Shown here: in pieces, positions 17,729 through 26,994 of the stretch
How the letters are laid out: the number at the start of each line of letters is the position of its first letter
Position numbering within the stretch: position 1 is the first letter of the stretch
From: Nitrospirota bacterium
GTDB lineage: Bacteria; Nitrospirota; Thermodesulfovibrionia; UBA6902; JAJYJJ01
Assembly: GCA_021789595.1 (NCBI GenBank)
Contig: JAJYJJ010000004.1
Coordinates: 66,617-130,616, forward strand
DNA length: 64,000 nt
Direction: 5' to 3'
The notes under the pieces: model-generated
What the model was told of the DNA's origin: nothing
Database searches by the model: none
Seen by the model: only the letters and a program-made list of their open reading frames with translations
Made by a program: the position numbers and the translations under genes

Positions 17729-19012
17729 TCAGGCCCGACCTCTTCTTATCCTTATACTGTTGCCGTGTGCCTCAAGGCCCTCGACATCTGAAAGCTTGAT
17801 AACCGCATCTGAAAGGGCATCAAAGTCAGCCCTATCAAACTGTAGCACGCTTGAGCGTTTTATGAAATCATACACGCCCAGAGGAGAGGAAAACCTTGCA
17901 GTTCCTCCTGTTGGAAGCGTGTGGTTTGGCCCTGCAACATAATCTCCAAGGGGCTCTGGTGTCCATGGCCCAAGGAATATTGCGCCTGCATTTTTTATCT
18001 TTCTAAGTAAGGCCATTGGTTTTTTAGTCATGACCTCAAGGTGTTCAGGCGCAATGCGGTTGGCAATATCAACTGCCTCATCTAAATCCCTTGTCAATAT
18101 AATGGCTCCATTATCTCTTATAGCCTTTTGTGCAATATCCCTTCTCTTTAAGGTCTTTAATTGTCTTCTGAGTTCCTTCAATACCTCCTCTGATAATCTA
18201 CTGGATGAGGTAATGAGGATGGAGGCTGCCATCTCGTCATGCTCTGCCTGGCTTAGAAGGTCTGATGCTATAAAGGAGGCATCTGCGCTGTCATCAGCTA
18301 TTATAAGTATCTCGCTTGGCCCTGCTATCATGTCTATGTCCACAGCTCCAAAGACCATCCTCTTGGCAGTGGCAACATAGATATTGCCAGGCCCCACGAT
18401 CTTATCCACCTTTTTTATGGTCTCTGTGCCATAGGCCATAGCGCCAATGGCCTGTGCCCCACCAACCCTGTATATCTCCTTGAGTCCGAGGATGTCAGCG
18501 GCAGCAAGGACATAGGGATTTATTTCACCACCTGGTGCAGGAACACACATGGCTATCTCTTCTACCCCTGCTACCTGTGCAGGAATGGCATTCATCAACA
18601 CTGTGGATGGGTATGATGCCTTTCCGCCCGGGACATAGATGCCGGCCCTTTGAATTGGTCTTATCATCTGCCCGAGGATGCTCTTGTTATCCTTGAAGAA
18701 CCATGATCTCTCCTTCTGTCTCTTGTGGAAGTCCCTTATCCTCTTTGCTGAAAGCCTGATGGTATCTACAATCCCTTTATCTGTATGCCGGCAGGCTTTT
18801 TTTATCTCTACTTCCCTTATCCTGATATTTGATAAGGTTAGTCTGACTCCATCAAATCTCTCTGTATACGATATAAGAGCCCTGTCTCCTTTTGAACGCA
18901 CATCGCTCAGCATCCTTTTAACAGCGGATTCAATCTTCTCTGATGTGCCTCTACCCCTTTTAAGATGGCCTTTGAGGAATGCCTCTATGGCTGCCGAATC
19001 TATTGTCCTCAA
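17729..19012 (-). CDS. hisD: histidinol dehydrogenase
   Basis: Full-length HisD signature regions ('GGAQAIGAMAYGTETI', 'SQAEHD'). Confidence 0.9.
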   Translation of the reverse strand: MRTIDSAAIEAFLKGHLKRGRGTSEKIESAVKRMLSDVRSKGDRALISYTERFDGVRLTLSNIRIREVEIKKACRHTDKGIVDTIRLSAKRIRDFHKRQKERSWFFKDNKSILGQMIRPIQRAGIYVPGGKASYPSTVLMNAIPAQVAGVEEIAMCVPAPGGEINPYVLAAADILGLKEIYRVGGAQAIGAMAYGTETIKKVDKIVGPGNIYVATAKRMVFGAVDIDMIAGPSEILIIADDSADASFIASDLLSQAEHDEMAASILITSSSRLSEEVLKELRRQLKTLKRRDIAQKAIRDNGAIILTRDLDEAVDIANRIAPEHLEVMTKKPMALLRKIKNAGAIFLGPWTPEPLGDYVAGPNHTLPTGGTARFSSPLGVYDFIKRSSVLQFDRADFDALSDAVIKLSDVEGLEAHGNSIRIRRGRA

Positions 19013-20269
19013 TCACTGCCTCAACTGTCCATTGCCAAACACAATGAACTTTGTTGTTGTCAGTTCTTCAAGACCCATCGGCCCCCTTGCATGTATCTTT
19101 GTTGTGCTTATGCCAATCTCTGCGCCAAGACCAAACTGATAACCGTCATTTAACCTTGTAGAGGCATTGACAAAGACTGCTGATGAATCCACTTCCCTGA
19201 GAAACCTCATTGCCCTTGAATAATCCCTTGTAACAATACTATCAGAATGCTGTGAGCCATATGTGCTTATGTGCCTTATGGCCTCCTCTATGCCATCAAC
19301 AACCCTGACATTTAGTATCAGGTCAAGATATTCATTGTAGTAATCCTCATTTGATGCACTCTCTACCGAGGGGTATATCCCCTTGGTGACAGCACAGCCT
19401 TTGATAGTAACCCCTGCATCCTTAAATCTCTTGAGCATCGGGGGAAGAAATCTATCAGCTATTTCTCTATCCACAAGCATGGTCTCCATTGCATTACAGG
19501 TGCCTGGCCTCTGGACCTTTGCATTGAAACATATCTCCTGTGCCATATCTAAATCTGCATCCCTGTCAACAAATACATGGCAGACCCCTTTATAGTGTTT
19601 TATTACTGGGATCCTTGAGTTCTCAACTACTGCCCTTATAAGTCCTTCTCCACCTCTTGGGATTATCAGGTCTATATAATCCTCAAGCTTCAGCATCTCA
19701 AGCACTGCCTCCCTCTCTGGTATGTCTACAAAGGTGATTGCGCCTTCAGGAATACCTGCCTCTTTTGCAGTTTCCCTTAGTATTCTTACAATAGCCTTGT
19801 TTGAATTTATGGCCTCAGAGCCGCCTCTAAGGACAACTGCATTACCTGCCTTGAGACAGAGGCCTGTTGCATCTGCTGTGACATTCGGCCTTGATTCATA
19901 GATTATTCCGATAACACCTATTGGTGCGCGCATCCTGCCAACAGTCATGCCGTTTGGCCTCTGCCACATCCTTGTCACCTCTCCTACAGGGTCTGGCAGG
20001 GATGCGACTTCCATGAGACCGGTGGACATCTCCCTGATCCTTTTCTCATTCAGTGTAAGGCGATCTATCATTGCCTTTGACAGCCCTTTTTTAGTTGCCT
20101 CTTCTACATCCTTTGAATTTTCCCTTATTAATTCATCTGCCCTTTTCAACAGGGCATCTGCCATCTTTATAAGAGCGTCGTTTTTCAATGAGGATGGGAC
20201 ATTGGCAATGACCCGTGAGCCTTCTTTTGCCTCTCTTGCAAGCTCTGTAACATAACTCTTAATATCCAT
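19013..20269 (-). CDS. proA: gamma-glutamyl phosphate reductase (glutamate-5-semialdehyde dehydrogenase)
   Basis: '[12 protein letters not shown]' ProA motif. The ORF-track start (20413) gives a 48-aa non-conserved extension. The ATG at 20269 with an upstream GGAGG gives canonical ProA length (418 aa). Confidence 0.85.
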   Translation of the reverse strand: MDIKSYVTELAREAKEGSRVIANVPSSLKNDALIKMADALLKRADELIRENSKDVEEATKKGLSKAMIDRLTLNEKRIREMSTGLMEVASLPDPVGEVTRMWQRPNGMTVGRMRAPIGVIGIIYESRPNVTADATGLCLKAGNAVVLRGGSEAINSNKAIVRILRETAKEAGIPEGAITFVDIPEREAVLEMLKLEDYIDLIIPRGGEGLIRAVVENSRIPVIKHYKGVCHVFVDRDADLDMAQEICFNAKVQRPGTCNAMETMLVDREIADRFLPPMLKRFKDAGVTIKGCAVTKGIYPSVESASNEDYYNEYLDLILNVRVVDGIEEAIRHISTYGSQHSDSIVTRDYSRAMRFLREVDSSAVFVNASTRLNDGYQFGLGAEIGISTTKIHARGPMGLEELTTTKFIVFGNGQLRQ

Positions 20270-20309
20270 CACACCTCCGGTTATTAATGCAATAAACAGG
20301 TAGTTGGAT

Positions 20310-20849
20310 TTACCAATATGGCCGATATGGATAGTACTGCCATCTCCAGTCTGGATACGGATACGGATAAGGGTAGGGCGACCCCCAATAATAGTCTGGA
20401 TAGGCAGGGACAACTACCTCAGGAGTCCATAGATACAACTGTTTTATACTTAAAACAGGGTATTTATACTGCAGCTTATCCAGCGGCATCTCTCTGCTTC
20501 CTATGACCTCTCCAGCCATGGTTATATGCAGCCCCTTTTTATATATGGATGGATCGAGGTATCCCTGATATTCTGCCAGGAACCTGCCTTCTGACCGATA
20601 TGTATTGGTAATCCTTCCATAAGAATCTATGGGCAACTGGACAACCTCTATTACTGTTTTATCTTTTGTGTTATTGACCCCGACTATGCTGCCTCCGAGG
20701 ATGAATATCCTTCCCTTGTATGCATCCGGGTCCTGCCACAAAGAATGAAGCTGGACATTCGTCACTGCCTCACTTCGCAGCTCTTTAGAGATGACATGGG
20801 CGCATCCTGACAGCAAAAGAACAATCATTATGGATAGTAGCCTTTTCAT
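20310..20849 (-). CDS. Slp-family outer membrane lipoprotein with a C-terminal Tyr-Pro repeat tail
   Basis: Lipobox 'LLSGC'. Slp-like core ('[13 protein letters not shown]...[25 protein letters not shown]'). C-terminal '[23 protein letters not shown]'. Confidence 0.6.
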   Translation of the reverse strand: MKRLLSIMIVLLLSGCAHVISKELRSEAVTNVQLHSLWQDPDAYKGRIFILGGSIVGVNNTKDKTVIEVVQLPIDSYGRITNTYRSEGRFLAEYQGYLDPSIYKKGLHITMAGEVIGSREMPLDKLQYKYPVLSIKQLYLWTPEVVVPAYPDYYWGSPYPYPYPYPDWRWQYYPYRPYW

Positions 20850-20861
20850 ACATCCCTCCTC

Positions 20862-21824
20862 TTACTTAAGCTTGACCTCGATATATGCCTTCTTCCTCAG
20901 GTCATTCATCCACTGATCGTACTTCTCCTTGAATTTTTTCTCAAGGAGCATCTTTTTTATCTCTTCCTTTACGGAGGCAAGCGGCCCTCCCTCGACCCGC
21001 TGTTCAAGCTTTATGATATGAAGGCCTGCCTTGCTCCAGAATGGCTTGCTTATTTCACCGACCTTAAGTTTAGATGCCACATCCTCAATCTCCTTCATAA
21101 GGCTTCCTGCCTTGAGCATGCCGAGGTCACCGCCAAACCGAGCACTCTTATCCTCTGAATACTTTTCAGCCAGGGTTGCAAAGTCCTCCCCTGCCTTAAG
21201 CCTTTCATATATATCTTTTGCCTTTGCCTCGATAGACGCCCTCTGCTCAGGGCTCTGGGGCGCCTTGAAGAATATCTGCCTTAATCTGACCCCTGATACA
21301 TCCTGATATTTTTCCTTGCTGGCTTCATAATAATCCGAGACCTCCCTGTCCGAGACAACAATCTTTGACCTTATCTCCTGTGTCACGAGCCTGCTCACAA
21401 GTATCTGCTCTGAGAGGCTCTTTTTATACTCATCCAGCGTAAGGCCTTCAGCCTTAAGCGATTTTATAAATGTATCGCTGTCAAGAGAATATTTCTTTTT
21501 TATGCTCTCAATGGCATCTGTTACCTCCTCTGGCCTTACCTCAATGCCCAGTCTTTCTGCATCCTGGATCTGTAGCTTAAAATTTATATACTCATCGAGG
21601 AATGGTTTTTCCATAGCCTCAAGCCTTTTCTCCCGTTCATCAGGTGTAAGGTCTTTTAATTGGTCTGCGAGCTGGACATTCATGGCGTTTCTGAGTTCTG
21701 ACCATGTAATGACATCCTTGTTCACAATCGCTACGATCCTGTCGAGTAATACCGGCCCGTATGCTGATGCATCTACTGATAATACAATTAAGATTAATGC
21801 AAAAAAGGATGCAAGCCTTTTCAT
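20862..21824 (-). CDS. SurA-like periplasmic chaperone / PpiC-type peptidyl-prolyl cis-trans isomerase
   Basis: Signal peptide. SurA N-domain followed by a parvulin domain ('FGGDLGMLKAGSLMKEIEDVASKLKVGEISKPFWSKAGLHIIKLE'). Confidence 0.75.
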   Translation of the reverse strand: MKRLASFFALILIVLSVDASAYGPVLLDRIVAIVNKDVITWSELRNAMNVQLADQLKDLTPDEREKRLEAMEKPFLDEYINFKLQIQDAERLGIEVRPEEVTDAIESIKKKYSLDSDTFIKSLKAEGLTLDEYKKSLSEQILVSRLVTQEIRSKIVVSDREVSDYYEASKEKYQDVSGVRLRQIFFKAPQSPEQRASIEAKAKDIYERLKAGEDFATLAEKYSEDKSARFGGDLGMLKAGSLMKEIEDVASKLKVGEISKPFWSKAGLHIIKLEQRVEGGPLASVKEEIKKMLLEKKFKEKYDQWMNDLRKKAYIEVKLK

Positions 21825-21939
21825 TACAATTTTACCGCCTCTCTTACAATTCTACCATTGCAATAATCTAAGTCCTCGTGGCTTATTAAATTATAACAGA
21901 AAATATATCCTTTATTCCGCATCGTTGTAATTAAGACCA

Positions 21940-22932
21940 TCAATAGAACTCCGACTTCAATGAGCGATCCATAAGGTCTTTCACTGCGATGGCAGGGGCC
22001 TTATCCCTGTATATGACCCTATACACCTGTTCTGTAATGGGCATCTCGATCATGTGCCTCTTTGACAGTTCAAAGGCAGACTCTGCTGTTGCCACACCTT
22101 CTGCCACAGACCTTGTGGCTGAAAGGATGTCCCTTAGTTTAATGCCCTGTCCGAGTTTATAACCGACTGTATAGTTCCTTGACATGGCGCCTGTGCATGT
22201 GAGAACGAGGTCTCCAAGGCCGCTCAGGCCTGAGAATGTCTGTTCCCTTGCACCCATGGCAGCTCCGAGTCTTGTTATCTCTGCAAGCCCCCTTGTTATG
22301 AGGGCAGCCCTTGCATTGTATCCAAGGCCAAGTCCGTCAGATATCCCTGATGCAATGGCTATTACATTCTTTAATGCGCCGCCGATCTCTACCCCGACAA
22401 TGTCGTCATGCGTATAGACCCTGAAATAGTTTGTATTGAAGACCTCCTGAAGCATCAGGGCGATGTCTGCATCCTCTGTTGCAATGGTAACTGCTGTGGG
22501 CAGTTTATTTACTACCTCCTTTGCAAAGCTCGGTCCGGAGATAACTGCAACCTTTCTGCCTGACAGTTCCTTGAGTATTGAGGAACAGGTAAGCAGTGAG
22601 CCCCTTTCAATGCCCTTGGATGCACTTATGATTACTGAGTCCTTATTGATATAATTGATCACCTCTTTAAAGACATCCCTTGTATACTGGGTTGGTACAA
22701 CATTAAGGATATACCGCGCCTTCTTTACAACCTCATCAATCCTGTGCGAAACCGTGAGATTCTCTGGAAGCGTGACGCCTGGAAGGTATATGCTGTTCAT
22801 CCTCGTCTTTTCTATTTCCTGTGCAAGGTTGTCTTCAAAAACCCAGAGGGATGTATCATATCCCTTATCGGCAAGGATCGCTGATAGGGTTGTGCCCCAA
22901 CTGCCTGCACCAATGACTGCGATATAGCTCAT
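21940..22932 (-). CDS. gpsA: NAD(P)H-dependent glycerol-3-phosphate dehydrogenase
   Basis: N-terminal 'IAVIGAGSWGTTLS' Rossmann motif and full-length GpsA homology. Confidence 0.9.
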   Translation of the reverse strand: MSYIAVIGAGSWGTTLSAILADKGYDTSLWVFEDNLAQEIEKTRMNSIYLPGVTLPENLTVSHRIDEVVKKARYILNVVPTQYTRDVFKEVINYINKDSVIISASKGIERGSLLTCSSILKELSGRKVAVISGPSFAKEVVNKLPTAVTIATEDADIALMLQEVFNTNYFRVYTHDDIVGVEIGGALKNVIAIASGISDGLGLGYNARAALITRGLAEITRLGAAMGAREQTFSGLSGLGDLVLTCTGAMSRNYTVGYKLGQGIKLRDILSATRSVAEGVATAESAFELSKRHMIEMPITEQVYRVIYRDKAPAIAVKDLMDRSLKSEFY

Positions 22933-24356
22933 ATGATTGGCGATTTTATCAGGGCAATTGCCCTTTCAAGCCTGCGCAGTGTCTTGTCTTTCCCTACGAT
23001 CTCGATTACCTCAAATATCCCGGGGCTGACACTGTTACCTGTAACTGCCACCCTGACAGGCTGGGCAATCTGACCGAGCTTAATGCCTTGTTTTTCTATG
23101 ATCCCCATAAACACCTTTTCTATCTCAGCGGCTTCAAATCTATCCAGTGCCCTGAGTCTATCCAGTATCGTCCTGAAATACGGCAGCGACTTTTCATTCA
23201 GGAACTTCTCCTTTGCCTTCGGGTCAAACTCTATATCCTCTGCAATGTAATATCTGAGGGAATGGGCAAGCTCTAAGAGGCTCCTTGAACGCTCCTTAAG
23301 CGTATCAATTGCCTTTGAAAGCCATCCCATGTCAATGCTCTGGCCCTCCTGTATAATACCCCCTTTCAGGAGAAAAGGCATCACATAGCCTGCAAGCTCC
23401 TCTGAGGTGCCCTTGTTTATATACTGGCTGTTGAGCCAGAGGAGTTTTTCAGGGTTAAATACAGCCGCTGATCTGCCCGCATTATCTAATGAGAACTTCT
23501 CTATGAGTTCTTCCCTGCTGAATACCTCCTGGTCTCCGTATGACCATCCAAGCCTCACAAGATAATTTACAAGTGCATCAGGAAGATAACCCATCTCTCT
23601 GTATGCCATGACAGAGGTTGCGCCGTGCCTCTTTGAAAGCCTTGTCTTATCAGCGCCCAATATCATCGGCAGATGGGCGAACAACGGGACATCACAGCCA
23701 AGTGCCCTGTATATGTGCATCTGCTTTGGGGTGTTATTGAGGTGGTCGTCTCCTCTGATTACATGCGTTATTGCCATGTCCGCATCGTCTACAACCACTG
23801 TAAAATTGTATGTTGGGGTTCCATCAGAGCGCATGATTATCAGGTCATCAAGCTGGGCATTTTCAAACACGACCCTTCCCCTTATCAGGTCATCTACGAT
23901 TGTCTCGCCCTCCTCTGGCATCCTGAATCTTACCGCTGGGGTGCGCCCTGGCACAGGTCCTTTAAGGTCCCTGCACCTGCCGTCATATCTCGGCGGTCTT
24001 CCATGACTAAGAGCCTCTTTTCTCCTCTGCTCAAGCTCCTCTGCAGAGCAATAGCAATAATATGCCTTGCCTTCATCTATAAGCCTGTCAACATATCTTT
24101 TATAGATGTCAAATCTTTCTGTCTGGCGGTATGGGCCTTCATCCCAGTCAAGCCTGAGCCACTTCATCCCCTCGATAATTGCCTCTATATACTGCTCTGT
24201 AGAGCGGCTTGTATCCGTATCCTCTATCCTCAGGACAAAGACGCCACCATGGTGCCTTGCAAAAAGCCAATTGAAAAGCGCTGTCCTTGCACCGCCGATG
24301 TGCAGATGGCCTGTCGGGCTTGGCGCAAACCTCGTCCTGACATTATTCTTATTCAA
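22929..24356 (-). CDS. gltX: glutamyl-tRNA synthetase
   Basis: HIGH motif 'PSPTGHLHIGGARTA', KMSKS-like 'RLSKRHG'. The start is most likely the TTG at 24356, preceded at 8 nt by GGAGG. The ORF-track start at 24605 adds 83 non-conserved residues and would overlap the upstream dgkA-PAP2 gene. Confidence 0.85.
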   Translation of the reverse strand: MNKNNVRTRFAPSPTGHLHIGGARTALFNWLFARHHGGVFVLRIEDTDTSRSTEQYIEAIIEGMKWLRLDWDEGPYRQTERFDIYKRYVDRLIDEGKAYYCYCSAEELEQRRKEALSHGRPPRYDGRCRDLKGPVPGRTPAVRFRMPEEGETIVDDLIRGRVVFENAQLDDLIIMRSDGTPTYNFTVVVDDADMAITHVIRGDDHLNNTPKQMHIYRALGCDVPLFAHLPMILGADKTRLSKRHGATSVMAYREMGYLPDALVNYLVRLGWSYGDQEVFSREELIEKFSLDNAGRSAAVFNPEKLLWLNSQYINKGTSEELAGYVMPFLLKGGIIQEGQSIDMGWLSKAIDTLKERSRSLLELAHSLRYYIAEDIEFDPKAKEKFLNEKSLPYFRTILDRLRALDRFEAAEIEKVFMGIIEKQGIKLGQIAQPVRVAVTGNSVSPGIFEVIEIVGKDKTLRRLERAIALIKSPII

Positions 24357-24427
24357 TATATCTGCCTCCAAAGACTTTTGCGTGAAATATAACAGATATG
24401 GGGCATTGTTATCAAGAAACGATAAGG

Positions 24428-25126
24428 TTAAGAGAATAACCTGAAGAGCAGAAATGTTATGGTGATGCCGAGTAGGGCGCCAAGAAAGACCTCCCATGGA
24501 CTGTGTGCTCCTATGGCAACCCTGCTCTGTGCAATGAGGATTGCAAGGATAAATACGAGGAACGATGGGAAGAATGCCTCTGTTATGTATGTAACTGCTA
24601 TCCATACAGAGAAGGCTACTGCGGCATGGCCGCTCGGCATTCCGCCCCTAAGCGGGAGGCCCCTGCCAAGGAATGCCTTTGTTATGATAACAGCGATTAT
24701 CACGATTATCAATGCTATTATGGATATATCCTCGTTTGAGTGTTTTGCCATTGTAATGCCTTCGTAGAAGAATCGCCTCAGGTAAGGAATAAAGATTATA
24801 TAGCCAACAATTACCGCGCCAAATGCAGATACAAGCACTGCGCCTGCTGCTATATCCTTGGCAGCCTTTGCCTTGATGTGATACTCGCTTGAAAGCAGGT
24901 CAACAGTGGCCTCTACAGCAGTGTTTAGCATCTCGGCCATGAGGACAAGTGTCACTGTAATTGTTACGGCTATGAATTCTTCTCTGTTTACACCGATGAT
25001 ATAGCTGAGTATCAAGACGGCAACCGCGGCATAGAAATGATACCTGAGGTGGCGTTGTGTCTTTGCTGCCTGAAGAATGCCCTCTATTGCATGGTTAGTG
25101 CTTTCGATAAGTCTTCTTAAGGGCAT
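24428..25126 (-). CDS. dgkA: fusion of diacylglycerol/undecaprenol kinase (DgkA) with a PAP2 phosphatase domain
   Basis: N-terminal DgkA fold ('NHAIEG...RHLRYHF...EMLNTAVEATVDL'). C-terminal PAP2 motifs ('PSGHAAVAFS', 'AQSRVAIGAHSPWEV'). Confidence 0.7.
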   Translation of the reverse strand: MPLRRLIESTNHAIEGILQAAKTQRHLRYHFYAAVAVLILSYIIGVNREEFIAVTITVTLVLMAEMLNTAVEATVDLLSSEYHIKAKAAKDIAAGAVLVSAFGAVIVGYIIFIPYLRRFFYEGITMAKHSNEDISIIALIIVIIAVIITKAFLGRGLPLRGGMPSGHAAVAFSVWIAVTYITEAFFPSFLVFILAILIAQSRVAIGAHSPWEVFLGALLGITITFLLFRLFS

Positions 25127-25544
25127 CTATCAGCTCCTGCTGTTTTTTAAACATCTTCCTTGCCTTATAGGCTGATGCCTCATGGTCATGGCCTAAAAGA
25201 TGAAGGATTCCATGCGCCATGAGCCGGTAAAACTCGTCGTAAAAGGTGCTGCCGTATTGTCTTGCCTGCCTCTTTGCAGCATGTATGTTTATAACAACAT
25301 CGCCCAGGGGTATGTGAGATGCCTGAACAGCCCCCCCTTCGTTCAACGGAAATGAAAGGACATCCGTGGTTTTTCTCTTTCCACGGTAAAGGAGATTTAG
25401 TTTGAGCATCCTGCTGTCGCCAACTAAAAGTATGCTCAACTCAGCCGAGGGCTGCCCTGATAGAGTAAGGGTCTTCTGTGCTGCCCTTTTTATCCTTCTC
25501 AGGTCTGTCCTTATCCGTCTTTGCTGGTTCTTTATGTATACCAT
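25095..25544 (-). CDS. ybeY: endoribonuclease YbeY (rRNA maturation)
   Basis: 'HGILHLLGHDHE' H3xH5xH zinc motif and 'VLSFPL' N-domain motif. Confidence 0.85.
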   Translation of the reverse strand: MVYIKNQQRRIRTDLRRIKRAAQKTLTLSGQPSAELSILLVGDSRMLKLNLLYRGKRKTTDVLSFPLNEGGAVQASHIPLGDVVINIHAAKRQARQYGSTFYDEFYRLMAHGILHLLGHDHEASAYKARKMFKKQQELIDALKKTYRKH

Positions 25545-26994
25545 TGTCTTGTGTTATCTCAAAACCAGGATAATCTATCCTGCGGTGGAACATACCAGTC
25601 AATATGTAATTAAAGCATTTTTTTATCTCCTGGAGGTCTTTGAGTGTTATCTCGCATTCATCAAGCTGTCCATCAAGAAAGATGTGGTTTATTATCCTAT
25701 CCACAAGAGCGGATATCCTTGATGGGGTTGGCTCTGTAAGTGCCCTCGATGCGGCCTCAACAGCATCGGCCATCATCAGAAGTGCAGATACCCTTGTCTG
25801 GGGTTTTGGCCCTGGATACCTGAACTCTGCCTCAGACAGTGTATGGGATTCTGGAGGGTGCTGGTCTTTTGCCTTTTGATAGAAATAGGTTATGAGATTT
25901 GTGCCGTGGTGCTGCTGGATTATATCGATGATGACCTCCGGCAGCTTATTCTGCCTTGCGAGTTCAACGCCTTCTTTAACATGGGAGATTATTATGAGGC
26001 TGCTCATGTTCGGTGTCAGCTTGTCGTGTCTGCTGATCGGGCCCTCCTGATTCTCCACAAAGTATTCAGGCATCTTTATCTTGCCGATATCGTGGTAATA
26101 GGCACTGACCCTTGCAAGCAAAGGGTTTACACCTATGACCTCTGCAGCGGCCTCTACAAGATTGCCGACAATAATACTGTGATGGTATGTCCCGGGGGCC
26201 TCTACAAGGAGGTTTCTCATCAGCGGCTGATTGAGGTCCATTAGTTCGAGAAGGCTTATATCGGTGGTCAGGTTGAACAGGTATTCAAGCAGCGGCAGCA
26301 GGACAGATGCAACAGATATGACCATAAAGCCGTTTAAAAAGGCAAAACCAATAATTACCAGGGTTGAAGGCGCTATAAGGTTTCTCTGTAGAAGGGTTAT
26401 GGACAGGGCTGTGAAGGCGTTTGCCACACCAACAAAGAGCCCTGCTTTAAGAATGTCAGAACGCTTCCTGCATCTTATTACTCCAAGGGTAGCGGTTATG
26501 CTGCCGCTGAATACATAGATCGGGTAGATTGCATCATTTAACCAGATGCCTGCTATCAGGCTTGTCATAAAGGAAAAGATTATGGCTGTATGTATATCAA
26601 AAAGTAGCGCCACGAGCATTGCGCCTAAGGGAAGGGGGATGGCGTATATGGCAAGCCTCATATCAACGAATCCAAGCTCATGCACGAAGCCTTGAAACAT
26701 GTATTGGAATAACCTCCCTATCAAAGGGTTAAATACCAATATTATGCCGAGGAGGGAAAGGAGTCTCAGGTTTGTTGCAAGGGACGGTCTGTATCTTTTT
26801 ATGTCCCTGTAAAATATAAAGAGCAGGATAGAGGTCAGAAAGAATCCGCCAATAAACTTGAGCACGGTCAGTCTTTCCCAGAAAAAGATCACAGGCAGTG
26901 TTATGGCTATCAGGATAAGCAGGATTGAGCGCAACAGCCTATATTTACTATCGTTATCAGGGGTTGCTGGTTTACCGTTTCTCATATCGCTCAT
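25441..26994 (-). CDS. pgpH: 7TM-receptor HD-domain phosphohydrolase (PgpH/YqfF family, c-di-AMP phosphodiesterase)
   Basis: Multi-TM 7TMR-HDED region plus HD domain ('YYHDIGK', 'IISHVKEGVELAR', 'QQHHGTN'). The 3' end overlaps ybeY by 104 nt. Confidence 0.8.
   Translation of the reverse strand: MSDMRNGKPATPDNDSKYRLLRSILLILIAITLPVIFFWERLTVLKFIGGFFLTSILLFIFYRDIKRYRPSLATNLRLLSLLGIILVFNPLIGRLFQYMFQGFVHELGFVDMRLAIYAIPLPLGAMLVALLFDIHTAIIFSFMTSLIAGIWLNDAIYPIYVFSGSITATLGVIRCRKRSDILKAGLFVGVANAFTALSITLLQRNLIAPSTLVIIGFAFLNGFMVISVASVLLPLLEYLFNLTTDISLLELMDLNQPLMRNLLVEAPGTYHHSIIVGNLVEAAAEVIGVNPLLARVSAYYHDIGKIKMPEYFVENQEGPISRHDKLTPNMSSLIIISHVKEGVELARQNKLPEVIIDIIQQHHGTNLITYFYQKAKDQHPPESHTLSEAEFRYPGPKPQTRVSALLMMADAVEAASRALTEPTPSRISALVDRIINHIFLDGQLDECEITLKDLQEIKKCFNYILTGMFHRRIDYPGFEITQDNGIHKEPAKTDKDRPEKDKKGSTEDPYSIRAALG

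Noticed and set aside
18030-19139. Two plus-strand ORFs (116 and 153 aa) opposite hisD
   Set aside because: They are shadow ORFs within hisD. They are Ser/Leu-rich with no ribosome-binding sites.
20330-20395. Short tandem repeat (GGATACGGATACGGATAAGGGTAGGG) that might suggest a CRISPR-like or microsatellite element
   Set aside because: It is in-frame coding sequence for the Tyr-Pro tail of the Slp lipoprotein. There are no spacers or cas genes.
23673-24392. 239-aa ORF on the plus strand antisense to gltX (and a 132-aa one at 23608-24006)
   Set aside because: It lies entirely within the well-supported gltX coding region on the opposite strand. It is Cys/His-rich low-complexity sequence with no motif. 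Typical shadow ORF.
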